A stretch of DNA of 63,958 nt, filler included, from an uncultured bacterium (GCA_964371695.1; 15 parts of 15 records of this genome joined end to end with filler, not necessarily neighbours in it), one strand, 5' to 3'. Positions 49,195 to 60,477 are shown, numbered from the whole stretch's first letter. Numbers and translations: made by a program. The notes: a model not told the origin generated them from the letters alone.

Positions 49195-51450
49195 ATGATT
49201 TTTCTGCGAAGTGGCGCGATGGTTTGGCCTCGCCGCGTGGGCGGTGTGGGGGTGCTTGCACTTTTTTTGAGCCTGTGGGGCATGCCGCACAGGGTGCAGG
49301 CGGCGATTTTCGCCTCGGCAGACGGCACGGTGGCGGCCCATCTTTCGCCCGGTCATTACCCGCTGCTCATGAAGTTCGGCAAACACAACGCCGCCCGCCT
49401 GCAACACGACCTGCTGGCCACCGGTTCCGGCGCTCTCGTCATGGGCGAAAAACTGGTGTTTCTGGCGCAGAACAGCCAGAAAAGCGGCCGCCCCATGGGT
49501 CAGACGCTTTTGTGCGCGGCGGCCTCCGGCTCGGTCTCCTGCCGCCGCAGTCCTTTTTCGGCAGACAGCCCGCTCAAGCCCGCTGACCTTAAAGAGGTGG
49601 TGCTGGGGTTTGCCGGGCCGCCCCAGGCCCGCGAGGCGTTGGCCTATGAGCCAGCCACTGGGCGTCTGGTGAGCCAGTCCACGCCGCTGCCTGCGGTGGA
49701 TCTGGCGGTGGCCGAGGGGTATCTGGCGGTGCTCGCGGGACAGGGGCCGGGGGCCGCCCTTCAGCTTTTCGCCGGGGGCGTGGCAGAGGGGCCTCCCACG
49801 CCCTGCGCCGGTTGCGAGGCGGTGTTCTCGCTCGGGCGTTTTCAGGAATGGGTGCTGGTGGCGGGCCGCGCACCGGGGCCACCCGCCGCCGTGCCGGGTG
49901 GGCCTGGCCCGCCCATGCCGGGCACCGCCGCCACGGTGCGGCTGGCGCTCTTTTCCACCGCCAGGGGCACGCTGATGCCGCCCCAGGAACTGGTTTTCGC
50001 GCTACCCCCACCCCCCGCGCTGGCGGGCGTGACCCCCCGCTGGCGGCTCTTTACCCTCAATGAAAACGAAGGGCGTCACCTGTTGTGCCTGGAGCCCCAG
50101 GGCTGCCGGGAAATTGCGGTTTCGCCCGGTGTGCTGTCGGTGTCGGTGGGGGTGAGCTGGGTGGGACGATATGGCGCGCCCCTGGCTGCCCAAAGGTGGC
50201 TGAGCCTGACGCAGGAAGGCCCCAATGTGGTGCTGGAATGGCTGGGAGCCGGGGGCGAGCTGCTCAGCAGCCAGCCGCTGCCCCAGGGTCTGGGGCTGGC
50301 CGAAAACGACAGCCGCCACTGCCAGTGGCATGGCTGCAAACCCTGGCGGTTAGAGGAAACCCCCTTCAACACCGGCCCGGTTTCGCCCGGCGTCACGGTG
50401 TTTTCTCCCAACACGCCGATGGCGCTGACCGGCGGGGGCGAGCGGCCCCTGGTGCTCTATGAAAAGGGCCTGCACAGCGCCCAGTGGCGCGGCCCAGCGC
50501 CCGCCGCGCCGCCCGTGCCGGTGGCCGGTGGGGTGGTGGTTTTTGCCGAAAAAAATCTGATGGTTTTTTCAGCGACCAAAACGGGGCCGCTTTATAAAAC
50601 CACCCTGCCCACCGAGGCCCGTGGGGGCGCATCCCCGGTGTTCCATTTGCCGCCCGACAAAAAAGGGTTGTGGTTTTCGCGGGGGCGTCTCATGGCGCAC
50701 CTGGGGGCGAAGGGCAAAAAGTGGACGCTGCGAAAAATACTGGCGCTGCCCCCCGGCGGTCGCTGGCTGGGGGCCGGGCGCGGCGGGTTCTGGGCCGCAG
50801 GGGGCAAAAACCTTTGGTTTTTTCCGGCCGCCACCCATCCGCTGAAAACCAGCCGACGTTTTCAACTGGGAGAAACCGGCTGCCGCCTCTTCACCGACGC
50901 CGCTGGTGCGGTGAGTCTGTGCGCCGATGTGCTGGCCACGCATCCGCTGCGGGGCCGGGGGGTGCGTCTGCGCCTGCCGCCCAGAATGTTGCCGGTGCAG
51001 GGCCTGTGGGCCTCACCCACGGTGATCTATCTGGCTCACCGGGCCAGTGATTCTGCCCAAAGCCCCTTTGCCCTCAAGGTGTTCAGCCGCGACGGTCTGG
51101 TGGCCGGTGCGCCCATGCCGCTGGTGGGGGTAAACGACCGGGGCCTTTCGGATATGGTGCTTGTGCCCTGGCAGAGGGGGGCGTGTCTGTTGTCGCTGCA
51201 GGGGCAGGTGTGCCTCACGCCATCGGGCCAGAGCCTGCCAGTGTTCGTTGATTCCCTGGGACCGGCCACGCCGGGCCTGCTGAGCCGCCTGGGCCTGGGG
51301 TCGCCCACGGGTCACCGGGCGGTGCTTTTGCCCCAGGGCCAGATGGAGCGGACGTTTTCCTTTCCCGGTGGTGCGCTCTGGTCCACGCTCAGTTCGGTAT
51401 CGGTGGAGCGGGGCCACATGGTGAGCCAGCCGGAGTGGTTGTTTTTTTGA
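49195..51450 (+). CDS. Hypothetical exported protein
   Basis: 751-aa ORF with signal-peptide-like N-terminus (..VQA), Gly/Pro/Trp-rich, possibly beta-propeller-like; no family recognised. Confidence 0.6.
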   Translation: MIFLRSGAMVWPRRVGGVGVLALFLSLWGMPHRVQAAIFASADGTVAAHLSPGHYPLLMKFGKHNAARLQHDLLATGSGALVMGEKLVFLAQNSQKSGRPMGQTLLCAAASGSVSCRRSPFSADSPLKPADLKEVVLGFAGPPQAREALAYEPATGRLVSQSTPLPAVDLAVAEGYLAVLAGQGPGAALQLFAGGVAEGPPTPCAGCEAVFSLGRFQEWVLVAGRAPGPPAAVPGGPGPPMPGTAATVRLALFSTARGTLMPPQELVFALPPPPALAGVTPRWRLFTLNENEGRHLLCLEPQGCREIAVSPGVLSVSVGVSWVGRYGAPLAAQRWLSLTQEGPNVVLEWLGAGGELLSSQPLPQGLGLAENDSRHCQWHGCKPWRLEETPFNTGPVSPGVTVFSPNTPMALTGGGERPLVLYEKGLHSAQWRGPAPAAPPVPVAGGVVVFAEKNLMVFSATKTGPLYKTTLPTEARGGASPVFHLPPDKKGLWFSRGRLMAHLGAKGKKWTLRKILALPPGGRWLGAGRGGFWAAGGKNLWFFPAATHPLKTSRRFQLGETGCRLFTDAAGAVSLCADVLATHPLRGRGVRLRLPPRMLPVQGLWASPTVIYLAHRASDSAQSPFALKVFSRDGLVAGAPMPLVGVNDRGLSDMVLVPWQRGACLLSLQGQVCLTPSGQSLPVFVDSLGPATPGLLSRLGLGSPTGHRAVLLPQGQMERTFSFPGGALWSTLSSVSVERGHMVSQPEWLFF

Positions 51451-51578
51451 ACGGGCTGGAATCCACGGGTTGAGGGTGTTCCCGTGAAAGCGGCAGCCCA
51501 GTGGGACATCGCTGCCACGCATTTCAAATCGGATGAACCACTGGCAGCGCACTTTCAACAGTCTGTTAATCTCTCCCA

Positions 51579-51788
51579 GTGGAAAATTTTTCGCCATCAG
51601 ACCCAATGGAGACTTCACCGGATACATCCGACGAGTCTGTGTCTTATGACATCACGGGCGGACTGGTGGATGACCCGGAAACCCATGTTCACTGGCTGCT
51701 GCCGGTGGTGGGTGTGCTGCTGCTGATGGCCGTTTCGCTCGCGGGGGCGCGGTGGTTCTGGCTGTTTGTACTTTCGCGAGAGGGTTAG
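51579..51788 (+). CDS. Small acidic single-TM hypothetical protein
   Basis: Acidic N-terminus and hydrophobic C-terminus; its TAG coincides with a MITE C end; start uncertain. Confidence 0.4.
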   Translation: MENFSPSDPMETSPDTSDESVSYDITGGLVDDPETHVHWLLPVVGVLLLMAVSLAGARWFWLFVLSREG

Positions 51789-51960
51789 AGCATTTTTAGA
51801 GTAGATGTAGACAAAATGAGGCCTTTTTTCTTGCCCTCTCCCTGAGGGAGAGGGCAAGGANNNNNNNNNNNNNNNNNNNNNNNNNNNNNNNNNNNNNNNN
51901 NNNNTTAATTAATTAANNNNNNNNNNNNNNNNNNNNNNNNNNNNNNNNNNNNNNNNNNNN

Positions 51961-52663
51961 GAACAAATACAGCGTCAAGAACACCGCTCTGCAAAACGGC
52001 AAAACCGTCACTTTCATGCCCAAGCCCATTTATGGCGACAACGGCAGCGGCATGCACACCCACCAGAGCATCTGGAAGGCCGGCAAACCCCTGTTCGCCG
52101 GCAAAGCCTATGCGGGCATGAGCGACATGGCCCTGCATTACATCGCGGGCATCCTCAAACACGCCAAGACCATCGCAGCCTTCACCAACCCCACCTGCAA
52201 CAGCTACAAACGTCTGGTGCCCGGTTATGAAGCCCCCGTGAATCTGGCTTATTCCAGCCGCAACCGCTCGGCGGCCATCCGCATTCCCATGTACAGCGCC
52301 AGCCCCAAGGCCAAGCGCATCGAAGTGCGGTTCCCCGACCCCACCGCCAATCCCTATCTGGCCTTCTCGGTCATGCTCATGGCGGGCCTGGACGGCATCC
52401 AGAACAAACTGGATCCCGGCGAACCCATGGACAAGAACATCTACGAACTCTCCGCCGAAGAAAAAGCCGGTGTGCCCAGCATGCCCGGCAGCCTGGGCGA
52501 GGCCATCAGCGCGCTCGAACAAGATCACGAGTTCCTGCTCAAGGGCGGCGTGTTCACCGAAGACCTCATCGAAACCTGGATTGACTACAAAAAGGAAAAC
52601 GAAATCCTGCCCATGAACCTGCGCCCGCATCCCTACGAATACACCCTGTATTACGACGCATAA
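51961..52663 (+). CDS. glnA: Glutamine synthetase type I, 5'-truncated
   Basis: [51 protein letters not shown]. Confidence 0.98.
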
Positions 52664-52685
52664 ACACGGGTTTGTTGAAATTTCA

Positions 52686-52719
52686 GACGCCGGAGGGGCA
52701 ACTCTCCGGCGTTTTTTTT
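52686..52719 (+). terminator. glnA intrinsic terminator
   Basis: GACGCCGGAGGG-gcaa-CTCTCCGGCGTTTTTTTT. Confidence 0.9.
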
Positions 52720-52828
52720 ATCGGAGGATGACCGTCACTGGCAATGCGTGGCCAGAGGGCTATCATGTCCCCTTTGCAAAATCGGGCTGATTCCCAGCCA
52801 AAAAATCCTTTTACCGGGGTGAAACACC

Positions 52829-54205
52829 TTGAGCACCAAAAAAACCGTCAAACCACACGACACCAAAACCCTTGCACGGGTGCTGGAAGAAAAAATCAAT
52901 CACCGCACCGTGGAACTGGCGGTGGTGGGATTGGGTTATGTGGGCCTGCCCCTGGCGCTGAGCTTTGCCAAAAAGGGCGTGAAGGTGCATGGCTTTGACC
53001 TGAGCACCGAAAAGGTCAAGTCGCTGAACGCCCGCAAAAGCTACATCCTGGACATTCCCGATCACGAACTGAAATCGGTGCCCAAGGAGCTGTTCACCGC
53101 CACCAGCGACCCGGCGGTGCTGGGCAAGGCCGACGTGGTGTTCATCTGCGTGCCCACGCCCTTTACCCGCGCCAAGGCCCCCGACCTGCATTATGTGCAG
53201 AGCGCCACCCGCAGCATTCTGGCCCACCAGCGGCCGGGCCAGCTCATCATTCTGGAGAGCACCACCTATCCCGGCACCACCGAGGAACAGGTGCAGCCGA
53301 TTCTGGAAGAAAAGGGTCTCAAGGCCGGGCGGGACTTTTTTCTCGCCTTCAGCCCGGAGCGCGTGGACCCCGGCAACACGAAATACGGCATCGAGAACAC
53401 CCCCAAGGTCATCGGCGGCCTCACGCCCAACTGCAACCGTCTGGCCTGCGGCCTTTACCGGCTGGTGGTGGATCAGGCCCAGGTGGTGCCCGTGAACAGC
53501 CTGAAGGTGGCCGAGATGACCAAGCTGCTGGAGAACACCTTCCGCAGCGTGAACATCGCGTTGATCAACGAACTCACCTTTTTGTGCGACCGCATGGACA
53601 TCAACATCTGGGAGGTCATCGGGGCGGCGGCGAGCAAGCCCTTTGGCTACATGCCGTTTTATCCCGGCCCCGGTGTGGGGGGGCACTGCATTCCGGTGGA
53701 CCCCTATTACCTGTCGTGGAAGGCGCGGGAGTTCGACTTCTGGACCAAGTTCATCGAGCTTTCCGCCGAGACCAACCAGATGATGCCGATTTTTGTGATG
53801 AACAAACTCACGCGGCTGATGAACAACCACGGCAAGGCGCTCAAGGGCAGCAAAATCCTGGCCCTGGGGGCCACCTTCAAAAAGAACGTGAACGACGCCC
53901 GCAACAGCCCGGCGGTGCGCATTCTGGACCTCATGCTGGAAGCAGGCGTGAAGGTGCAATATCACGACCCCTACGTGTCGGTGCTCAACCACGCCCACGG
54001 CATTGAGCCAGAGGAGCTTTCGGTGGCGCTCAAGCGCACGCCGGTCACCCCCAAGGCCATCAAAGAGGCCGACTGCGTGGTGCTGCTGGTGGATCACGAC
54101 GATTACGACCTGCCGATGATCCTGCAAAACGCCAAGGCCATCCTCGACACCCGCAACGCCTTTGCCAAGGTGCGCGGCGCCAAAAAGAAAGTCACGGTGC
54201 TGTAG
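52829..54205 (+). CDS. Nucleotide-sugar (UDP-GlcNAc/ManNAc-type) 6-dehydrogenase
   Basis: GLGYVGLP, CVPTP, ESTTYPGTT, FSPERVDPG, KLLENTFR, GGHCIPVDP. Confidence 0.95.
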   Translation: MSTKKTVKPHDTKTLARVLEEKINHRTVELAVVGLGYVGLPLALSFAKKGVKVHGFDLSTEKVKSLNARKSYILDIPDHELKSVPKELFTATSDPAVLGKADVVFICVPTPFTRAKAPDLHYVQSATRSILAHQRPGQLIILESTTYPGTTEEQVQPILEEKGLKAGRDFFLAFSPERVDPGNTKYGIENTPKVIGGLTPNCNRLACGLYRLVVDQAQVVPVNSLKVAEMTKLLENTFRSVNIALINELTFLCDRMDINIWEVIGAAASKPFGYMPFYPGPGVGGHCIPVDPYYLSWKAREFDFWTKFIELSAETNQMMPIFVMNKLTRLMNNHGKALKGSKILALGATFKKNVNDARNSPAVRILDLMLEAGVKVQYHDPYVSVLNHAHGIEPEELSVALKRTPVTPKAIKEADCVVLLVDHDDYDLPMILQNAKAILDTRNAFAKVRGAKKKVTVL

Positions 54206-55388
54206 GCACGCCTTCAGATTCCTGGTTTTCGGCCACCCGGAGGATTTCCCTGGCCAAAAACAACCGTGGCCTTAAAGGAGTGTCGTGGCTGGATTTAAGC
54301 TCCACCAGAACACCCTGATCAATGAGTTTTTCAATCGTGAGCGTGGCGGAGCGCGGCGTGACCGCAAGCACCTTAGCGGCGAGGGGAATGGTGATGGCCA
54401 GTGAGCGAAACAGTTCATCCACCAGTTTCAGGGGCAGCGCCGATGAACGGGCGCTGGTCAATTGCGCCCGGTATTTTTGCCACAGCCCCACCAGCTGCCC
54501 GATGCTTCTTGTGGCCGCTCTGGCCTCTGTGGCGACACCCTCCAGAAAAAAGAGCAGCCACGCTTCCCATTCTCCCCGCTGGCTGACGCCAAGCAGCCGG
54601 TCGTAATACGTCTGGCGGTGTTTTTCAAACCACCCGCTGAGGTGCAGGCAGGGGGCGGACAACAGGTTGTCCGAACACAGCATCAACGACAGCAACAGGC
54701 GGCCCACGCGCCCGTTGCCGTCTGAAAAGGGGTGAATCGCCTCGAACTGGTAATGCACCAGCGCCAGTCGCAGCAGGGGCGGCAGGTTGTCTGGCGCGTG
54801 AATAAACTTTTCAAGGGCGTCCAGCCCCTGCGTCATTTCCAGGTGGGGCGGGGGCACATAACTCGCCTGCGACAGGGGCGCGCCGGGGGGCGCGATGTAG
54901 TTCTGTATCCGCCGGAATTCGCCGGGCGTGTGGCGGTCGCCCCGCACCCCCCGCATCAGCTTTTCGTGCAATTCCCGGATGAACCGCAAACTCAGCGGAA
55001 GTGTCTGGATTCGTTCCAGGCCATATTCCATGGCCCACACATAATTCCGCACCTCCAGCACATCCCCGTCGGTTTTGGTCGCGCCCTGGCGGCGGGTATC
55101 CGCTTCTGAAAGAATCAGCTCCTGAACCGAGGTTTGGGTGCCCTCAATCCGGCTGGACAAAACCGCCTCCCGCTGCAGCATGGGCCGGATGAAGAGATAG
55201 GGGTTGGGCAGATTCCTGGCCTGGCCCGCCAGCTCGCCCACGGCCCTGTCGGCCCCCGACAGGCGGTTGACCAGATCGGGCGAAAACACCAAGGGTGGCG
55301 GCAGGGGGTGGGGCACAAACGCCTGTGCGCCCTGCCCGCTGTCCACCAGTTTGCCCCACGCCTTTTCGGTAAAGTCTTCGGGCCGCAC
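54192..55388 (-). CDS. Fic family protein (class II-like, intact catalytic motif)
   Basis: HPFSDGNGRVGR; N-terminal SSRIEG inhibitory-helix motif; C-terminal HTH-like region. Confidence 0.93.
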   Translation of the reverse strand: MRPEDFTEKAWGKLVDSGQGAQAFVPHPLPPPLVFSPDLVNRLSGADRAVGELAGQARNLPNPYLFIRPMLQREAVLSSRIEGTQTSVQELILSEADTRRQGATKTDGDVLEVRNYVWAMEYGLERIQTLPLSLRFIRELHEKLMRGVRGDRHTPGEFRRIQNYIAPPGAPLSQASYVPPPHLEMTQGLDALEKFIHAPDNLPPLLRLALVHYQFEAIHPFSDGNGRVGRLLLSLMLCSDNLLSAPCLHLSGWFEKHRQTYYDRLLGVSQRGEWEAWLLFFLEGVATEARAATRSIGQLVGLWQKYRAQLTSARSSALPLKLVDELFRSLAITIPLAAKVLAVTPRSATLTIEKLIDQGVLVELKSSHDTPLRPRLFLAREILRVAENQESEGVPTAP

Positions 55389-55515
55389 AGAGGTACTCTA
55401 GTATCTTTTAGCAGGGGCCACACATACTTTTCGATGAAAAAGTATATTTTGGTGGTGAGGCTTTGGATTTCCGGGGCATTTTTATGCGACTTGGTATATC
55501 AAACCGCCCCCCGCC

Positions 55516-56019
55516 CTACCCCTGCGCAATCCGGTGGATGTCCTGGCGGTATTGCCGGAGCAGGCTGGCGCGCACTTTCTGCACGATGAGTTTTTCGATG
55601 AGGCCGCCCAGCAGGGGAATGTTGCAGTGGGCTTCAAACTCCAGCGTCATTTCGGTGTGGCCGTTTGGCAGGGGTTTCACCTTGCCCACGGTGTGTACCC
55701 TGAGGTTGGTGGCGAAATAATTGGGCGTGACCTGCACGGTGTAGCTGTCCTCGGCGGGGTTGTACACGCCCCGCTGCACCCAGCCGATTTTTTTGCCCCC
55801 CAGCAGGCTTCTCACCGCGCCGGGCACCTCGGCGTCGCTTTCAATGTCCAGTTTCACAATGTAATGGCCATCCTGCCAGCCGTTTTCCAGCACCACCACA
55901 TCTTTTACGTCTGACATGGCGCGGATGATGTCGGGGTTGTCCGCAGGGGCCATCACGGTGGCGTGAATCACCTTGTCCTTGTCACAGGGCCAGACCAGCG
56001 ACTCGCGGTGGGCGGCCAT
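55516..56019 (-). CDS. DUF2505-like (SRPBCC/START fold) protein
   Basis: VPGAVRSLL..WVQ, CNIPLLGGLIEKLI. Confidence 0.65.
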   Translation of the reverse strand: MAAHRESLVWPCDKDKVIHATVMAPADNPDIIRAMSDVKDVVVLENGWQDGHYIVKLDIESDAEVPGAVRSLLGGKKIGWVQRGVYNPAEDSYTVQVTPNYFATNLRVHTVGKVKPLPNGHTEMTLEFEAHCNIPLLGGLIEKLIVQKVRASLLRQYRQDIHRIAQG

Positions 56020-56024
56020 GTCGT

Positions 56025-56119
56025 TCAGCCTTCCTTTTTGGCCAGTTCAATGTCGGCGCGGGTCTGTTTTTCGGTGCTCGCGAGCGACTGGTTGATGATT
56101 TCCTTGGCCAGAATGGGGC
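56025..56119 (-). CDS. C-terminal fragment of a probable further DUF2505-like paralog
   Basis: Manual translation PILAKEIINQSLASTEKQTRADIELAKKEG*; ends 5 nt before the next start. Confidence 0.4.
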
Positions 56120-56219
56120 NNNNNNNNNNNNNNNNNNNNNNNNNNNNNNNNNNNNNNNNNNNNTTAATTAATTAANNNNNNNNNNNNNNNNNNNNNNNNN
56201 NNNNNNNNNNNNNNNNNNN

Positions 56220-57896
56220 GGCCAGTTGCTGGTGGTGTCGGGTGGCGAGTCCCAGGCCCTGGAATCCCCTGCCCTCTCAGCCCTTTGGGGCGGGCCCGGC
56301 AGGCCCGGCGTGCGTTTTCAGGAAACCGGCGGCGGCGTGGTGTTCCCGCCTGCACGCAGCGGTGAAAAACCCTTTACCCCCTCTGTGCTGGCCCCCCGCC
56401 ACACCCGCCTCAAGCCGGTGTTCTCCAACCACGGCACCCCCGTGTTGTGGCAACGGCCCCTGGGTCTGGGCAACGTGTGGTATCTGGGTCTGGACCTGCG
56501 ACACCAGCAGTGGTACGACCATCCGCCCACCGCCGTGCTGCAAACCGCCCTGCGCAAGGCCTGGATTTATTCTGGTCAGGCGGACACTTTCAAAACCGGC
56601 CTGCGCCACGCCCTGCTGCGCCTCAACCACCATAACCTCGAAGACAAATCCATCTCCCTGAACTGGATTTTTGGATTTTTGCTGGTTTATGGCCTGGGGG
56701 GCGTGGGGATTGTCCTGAGAAAACGCAACCAGCCCCGCTGGATAGCTGGCTTGGTGGCCGTGGGCCTGCTGGGGGCGCTGCTTTTGTCGGGCTGGTATCA
56801 GAAACAATCCCGGCAGCAGGCAACCTCTGGCATGTTGATCCGCACACACGGTCAAACGCTGTTGAGCACCGCCACCTCCACCATCGTTCACGGCGGGGCC
56901 TCTCACACCATTCGTTTTGAGCCAGATGATTTCTTTTTCCCCATGACCAAACTGACTTCGTGGGGGTCGGCCATGCCCAACCTCACCACTTACCATCTGA
57001 CGCTGGGCACACTGCGCGAAAAAACCTACACCCACACCAGCCATGGTCTGGACGTGGTGGACAACATCACCGTGCGCCCCACCACCAGACCCACCGGCTT
57101 TGGCCAAGTGCATCTCAAAGGCAAAGACCTCACCCTCCGCTCCGCCATGAATTTGCACGATGTCTGGGCTTTTTCTTTCGCCACCGGCTGGTTTTCGCTG
57201 GGCAACCTCACGGCCAGTCATCCCCTGCGGCAGAAACTGCTCCCGGCAACGACAGCCCAGCCCTATCCGCCTTTTGGCCATATCGGCAGGCTGCTGAACT
57301 GCCTGCTGCTGACACAACCCACCGACCTGCTGCTGTTCGGGAAATCTGAAGACCACATGTTGCATGTGCTGCACCAGAGCGGCGTCATGCCCCCGCCCAC
57401 GGCCCCTTTCACCATCGGCTACGCCTGCTCCAGCCAGAATGAGGGTTATATGGGGTATACCGATCTGTTGACCACTTTCAGCAACCTGCCGGACATTGGC
57501 CCCGCCCCCGGCCTGTTTGACGCCATGCGGCCCAAAACCTATCTGGCCGTGCATGGCGCAAAGCCGCTGAACAAGGGAACATTCCAGATCACACCCTTTT
57601 CCAGTTCACCCGTGCCGGTCTCGCCCTCTGTGGTGTTGCTGGCCCACCCTGGCAATCCCGAAATGTCTGAAGAAGTCCAGTTCATCCAGAATATTTCCGG
57701 CTCTGTTGCAGCGGTCAAATCTGGTGCGATGTTGGGCAGCGCCCCGCCCGCCCCCACAACCCTGCAAACCGTTCAAGACCCGCTCCTTCACCTGCTGGAA
57801 GTCCATTCGCTGGACGGGCATCGTGAAGTCAACGCCAACAACTACTATAACAACACGAGAAAATGGTCTTCACTGGACTGGAAACCCCATGATTGA
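56220..57896 (+). CDS. Hypothetical membrane protein, 5'-truncated
   Basis: Long ORF with two adjacent TMs; overlaps the ABC ATPase start. Confidence 0.65.
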   Translation, partial: GQLLVVSGGESQALESPALSALWGGPGRPGVRFQETGGGVVFPPARSGEKPFTPSVLAPRHTRLKPVFSNHGTPVLWQRPLGLGNVWYLGLDLRHQQWYDHPPTAVLQTALRKAWIYSGQADTFKTGLRHALLRLNHHNLEDKSISLNWIFGFLLVYGLGGVGIVLRKRNQPRWIAGLVAVGLLGALLLSGWYQKQSRQQATSGMLIRTHGQTLLSTATSTIVHGGASHTIRFEPDDFFFPMTKLTSWGSAMPNLTTYHLTLGTLREKTYTHTSHGLDVVDNITVRPTTRPTGFGQVHLKGKDLTLRSAMNLHDVWAFSFATGWFSLGNLTASHPLRQKLLPATTAQPYPPFGHIGRLLNCLLLTQPTDLLLFGKSEDHMLHVLHQSGVMPPPTAPFTIGYACSSQNEGYMGYTDLLTTFSNLPDIGPAPGLFDAMRPKTYLAVHGAKPLNKGTFQITPFSSSPVPVSPSVVLLAHPGNPEMSEEVQFIQNISGSVAAVKSGAMLGSAPPAPTTLQTVQDPLLHLLEVHSLDGHREVNANNYYNNTRKWSSLDWKPHD

Positions 57897-58821
57897 AACC
57901 GCCGCCCTCAGCAAGAAGTTTGGCCCCACCACCGCTCTGGAGGCCGTGAACCTGCGGGTGGAAGAAGGGGAAATCTATGGTTTCATCGGCCCCAACGGGG
58001 CGGGCAAAACCACGGCCATCAGCATATTGGCCACGCTGCTCACCCCCACCGGCGGCGCGGCGCGGGTGATGGGTTATGACGTGGTGGAGCAAAGCGAAAC
58101 CGTGCGCCAGCTCATCGGCTACATGCCCGACGAATACAGCCTCTATGAAGACCTCACCGTGGCGGAGTATCTGGATTTTTTCGCCGCCTGTTACCGCATC
58201 CGCGAAAAAACGCGCCACCGGGTGACCGGCCAGGTGCTGGAACTGGTGGACCTCACCGCCAAGCGCGACACGCTCATTCAGGGCCTGAGCAAGGGCATGC
58301 GCCAGCGCCTGTGTCTGGCCCGCACACTGCTGCACGACCCAAAAGTGTTGCTGCTGGACGAACCCGCCGCCGGCCTGGACCCCCGCGCCCGCGTGGAACT
58401 GCGGGAACTGCTCAAAACCCTGCGGGACATGGGCAAGACTATTCTGGTGTCCAGCCATATTTTGCCGGAGCTGGCGGATTTCTGCGACAGCATCGGCGTG
58501 ATTGAAGGCGGACGGCTGGTGGCCCAGGGCAAGGTGAAAGACATTCTGGCCGAAATATCAGGGGCTGACCGCGTGGCCCTGCGCTTTGTGGACCGGCTGG
58601 AAGAAGCCCAGCGGGCGCTCAGCACCCACCCTGCGGTGGAAGGCGTGGCCCCGCCCGACCGCGAAGGTGTGATGGAAATTCGCCTCACCGGCGGCGATCA
58701 GGCCCTGTCTCTGCTCATCAAGGATATGGTCACGGCGGGCCTGCCGGTGGTGGAGGTCACCCGTCGCGCAGGAGACCTGGAAGACGTGTTCATGCAACTC
58801 ACCCAGGGGGGCATCCGGTGA
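57889..58821 (+). CDS. ABC transporter ATP-binding protein
   Basis: GPNGAGKT, LSKGMRQR, LLLDEP, SSH. Confidence 0.96.
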   Translation: MIETAALSKKFGPTTALEAVNLRVEEGEIYGFIGPNGAGKTTAISILATLLTPTGGAARVMGYDVVEQSETVRQLIGYMPDEYSLYEDLTVAEYLDFFAACYRIREKTRHRVTGQVLELVDLTAKRDTLIQGLSKGMRQRLCLARTLLHDPKVLLLDEPAAGLDPRARVELRELLKTLRDMGKTILVSSHILPELADFCDSIGVIEGGRLVAQGKVKDILAEISGADRVALRFVDRLEEAQRALSTHPAVEGVAPPDREGVMEIRLTGGDQALSLLIKDMVTAGLPVVEVTRRAGDLEDVFMQLTQGGIR

Positions 58822-60377
58822 ACACCTCCCCCCCGGTGCTGGTGCAGGGCGCGGCCCCGGAAACACTCTGGGGCGTTCACAAAGCAGTGTTGCGAAAAGA
58901 GTGGCGGCGGCTCTCGCGCAGCCTGTTTGGCCGTATCGGCCCGGCCCTGCTGCTGGCCCTGTGTGTGGCGGTGGTGGCCATGCAGTTTTTGTTGTTCGAT
59001 CGAGACAACCAGTTCACCATCAGCCCCATGAAAATCCTCTCTGGCCGGTCCTCAGAAGACCATCTGGTGGGTTTTCTCATTGCGGGTTTCATGGTGGGCC
59101 TGGGCATCGCCACGCTGGGGGCCTTGCAGGTGCTGGACCTGCTGCACAAAGAATCCGCCACCGGCACCCTGCACACCCTGCGCCTGTCTCCCATGCCCTC
59201 GTGGCAAACGGTGGTGGGCAAAATGCTGAGTGGTTTCGCTCAACAGGGGTTCATGCTGGCCCTTATTGCGCCGGTGTTGCTGGTGACACAAAGCGTGATG
59301 GGCCTGCCCGGCTGGTATCTGCCAGCCTTATTCATTGAAATGATTTTTTTCAGTCTGGTGCTCACGGGCACCGGCGTGGGCAGCTTGGTCCCCCATGGCG
59401 GCGCGGGCATGTTGTGGCGGGCGCGCTCGGCCATTCTGGGATGCGCGGTGCTTTCCATGATGATGCTGGTGCCTGCGGCGATGTTCGCCAAGGCGTTCTT
59501 TTCCGATTTTTCAACGGCAGAACATGTGTGGTTGACGCTGGTGCTGTTGCTGCTGGGCGTCACCTCCTGGATGAGCGGCGTCATCAGCGCCTCGCGACGG
59601 TTGTTTTATCCCTCGGCCACGGGTTTTTCGGTGGGCCAGATGGGTGTGTTTTCGGTGCTCACCCTTGGCCTCATTTTGCTGGTCACACACATTGTGCTCT
59701 CCCGCAACCCCGTGATGCAGGTGGGGCAAGATGAATCCGCTCTCACCATCATCCCCTCCCTGGCGGCCCTGCTTCTGGCGTGGTTCACCCTGGCCCTGAC
59801 ACTGCACGGGCGNNNNNNNNNNCCTGCCCGCCGCCACGCTGGTGGCGGGGGGGATTCTGGCGGGGGGTGTTCTGCGGGGACCAGCATTGGTGCTGCCGGT
59901 GGAGGCACTGGGTGCGGCCATGGGGTTGATGTTGTTCGGTTTGGTGCTCACCGTGTTCTGGCTGGTGCTGATCACCCGTCTCGCCCTGGGGGTGGTGCGC
60001 AAAACCGCTTCGCCGGTTCGCCCCTTGGTGGTATTTGTGGGGCTGCCGGTGTTGGGCCTGATGTTTTTTCTCAATGCCTACCGGCAAGAAAGTGTCTTTC
60101 CCTCCCAATTGATTCCTTATACCTATGTGGCCGCCTGGGTGGCGGGAGGCCCGCCGGTGATGGACCTGACGGGCGGCATGACGCCGTTGCAGCACGAAAA
60201 CGGTCTGGTACACCAACTCAGCAGCAGCCAGAACCTGTCTGTCGCCACGGGCAACAACCCACTGGCTCTCACCGGACAGGGGCGCTTTTTGCTGTTGTTC
60301 GGCTCGGCCTTGTTGCTGCCGCTGATTGCCCTGTTGTTACGCGCGCCCCGGGCCGCGCCCCACACCCCCCCCAAGGC
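58818..60377 (+). CDS. ABC-2-type permease-like membrane protein (gap 59813-59822; 3'-truncated)
   Basis: KEWRR, ESATGTLHTLRLSPM..VVGK; many TMs; continues in ORF 59842.. Confidence 0.75.
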
Positions 60378-60477
60378 NNNNNNNNNNNNNNNNNNNNNNN
60401 NNNNNNNNNNNNNNNNNNNNNTTAATTAATTAANNNNNNNNNNNNNNNNNNNNNNNNNNNNNNNNNNNNNNNNNNNN

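Noticed and set aside
54192-55388. Fic gene as part of a mobile toxin island
   Set aside because: Single self-inhibited-type Fic gene with no adjacent antitoxin, integrase or flanking repeats
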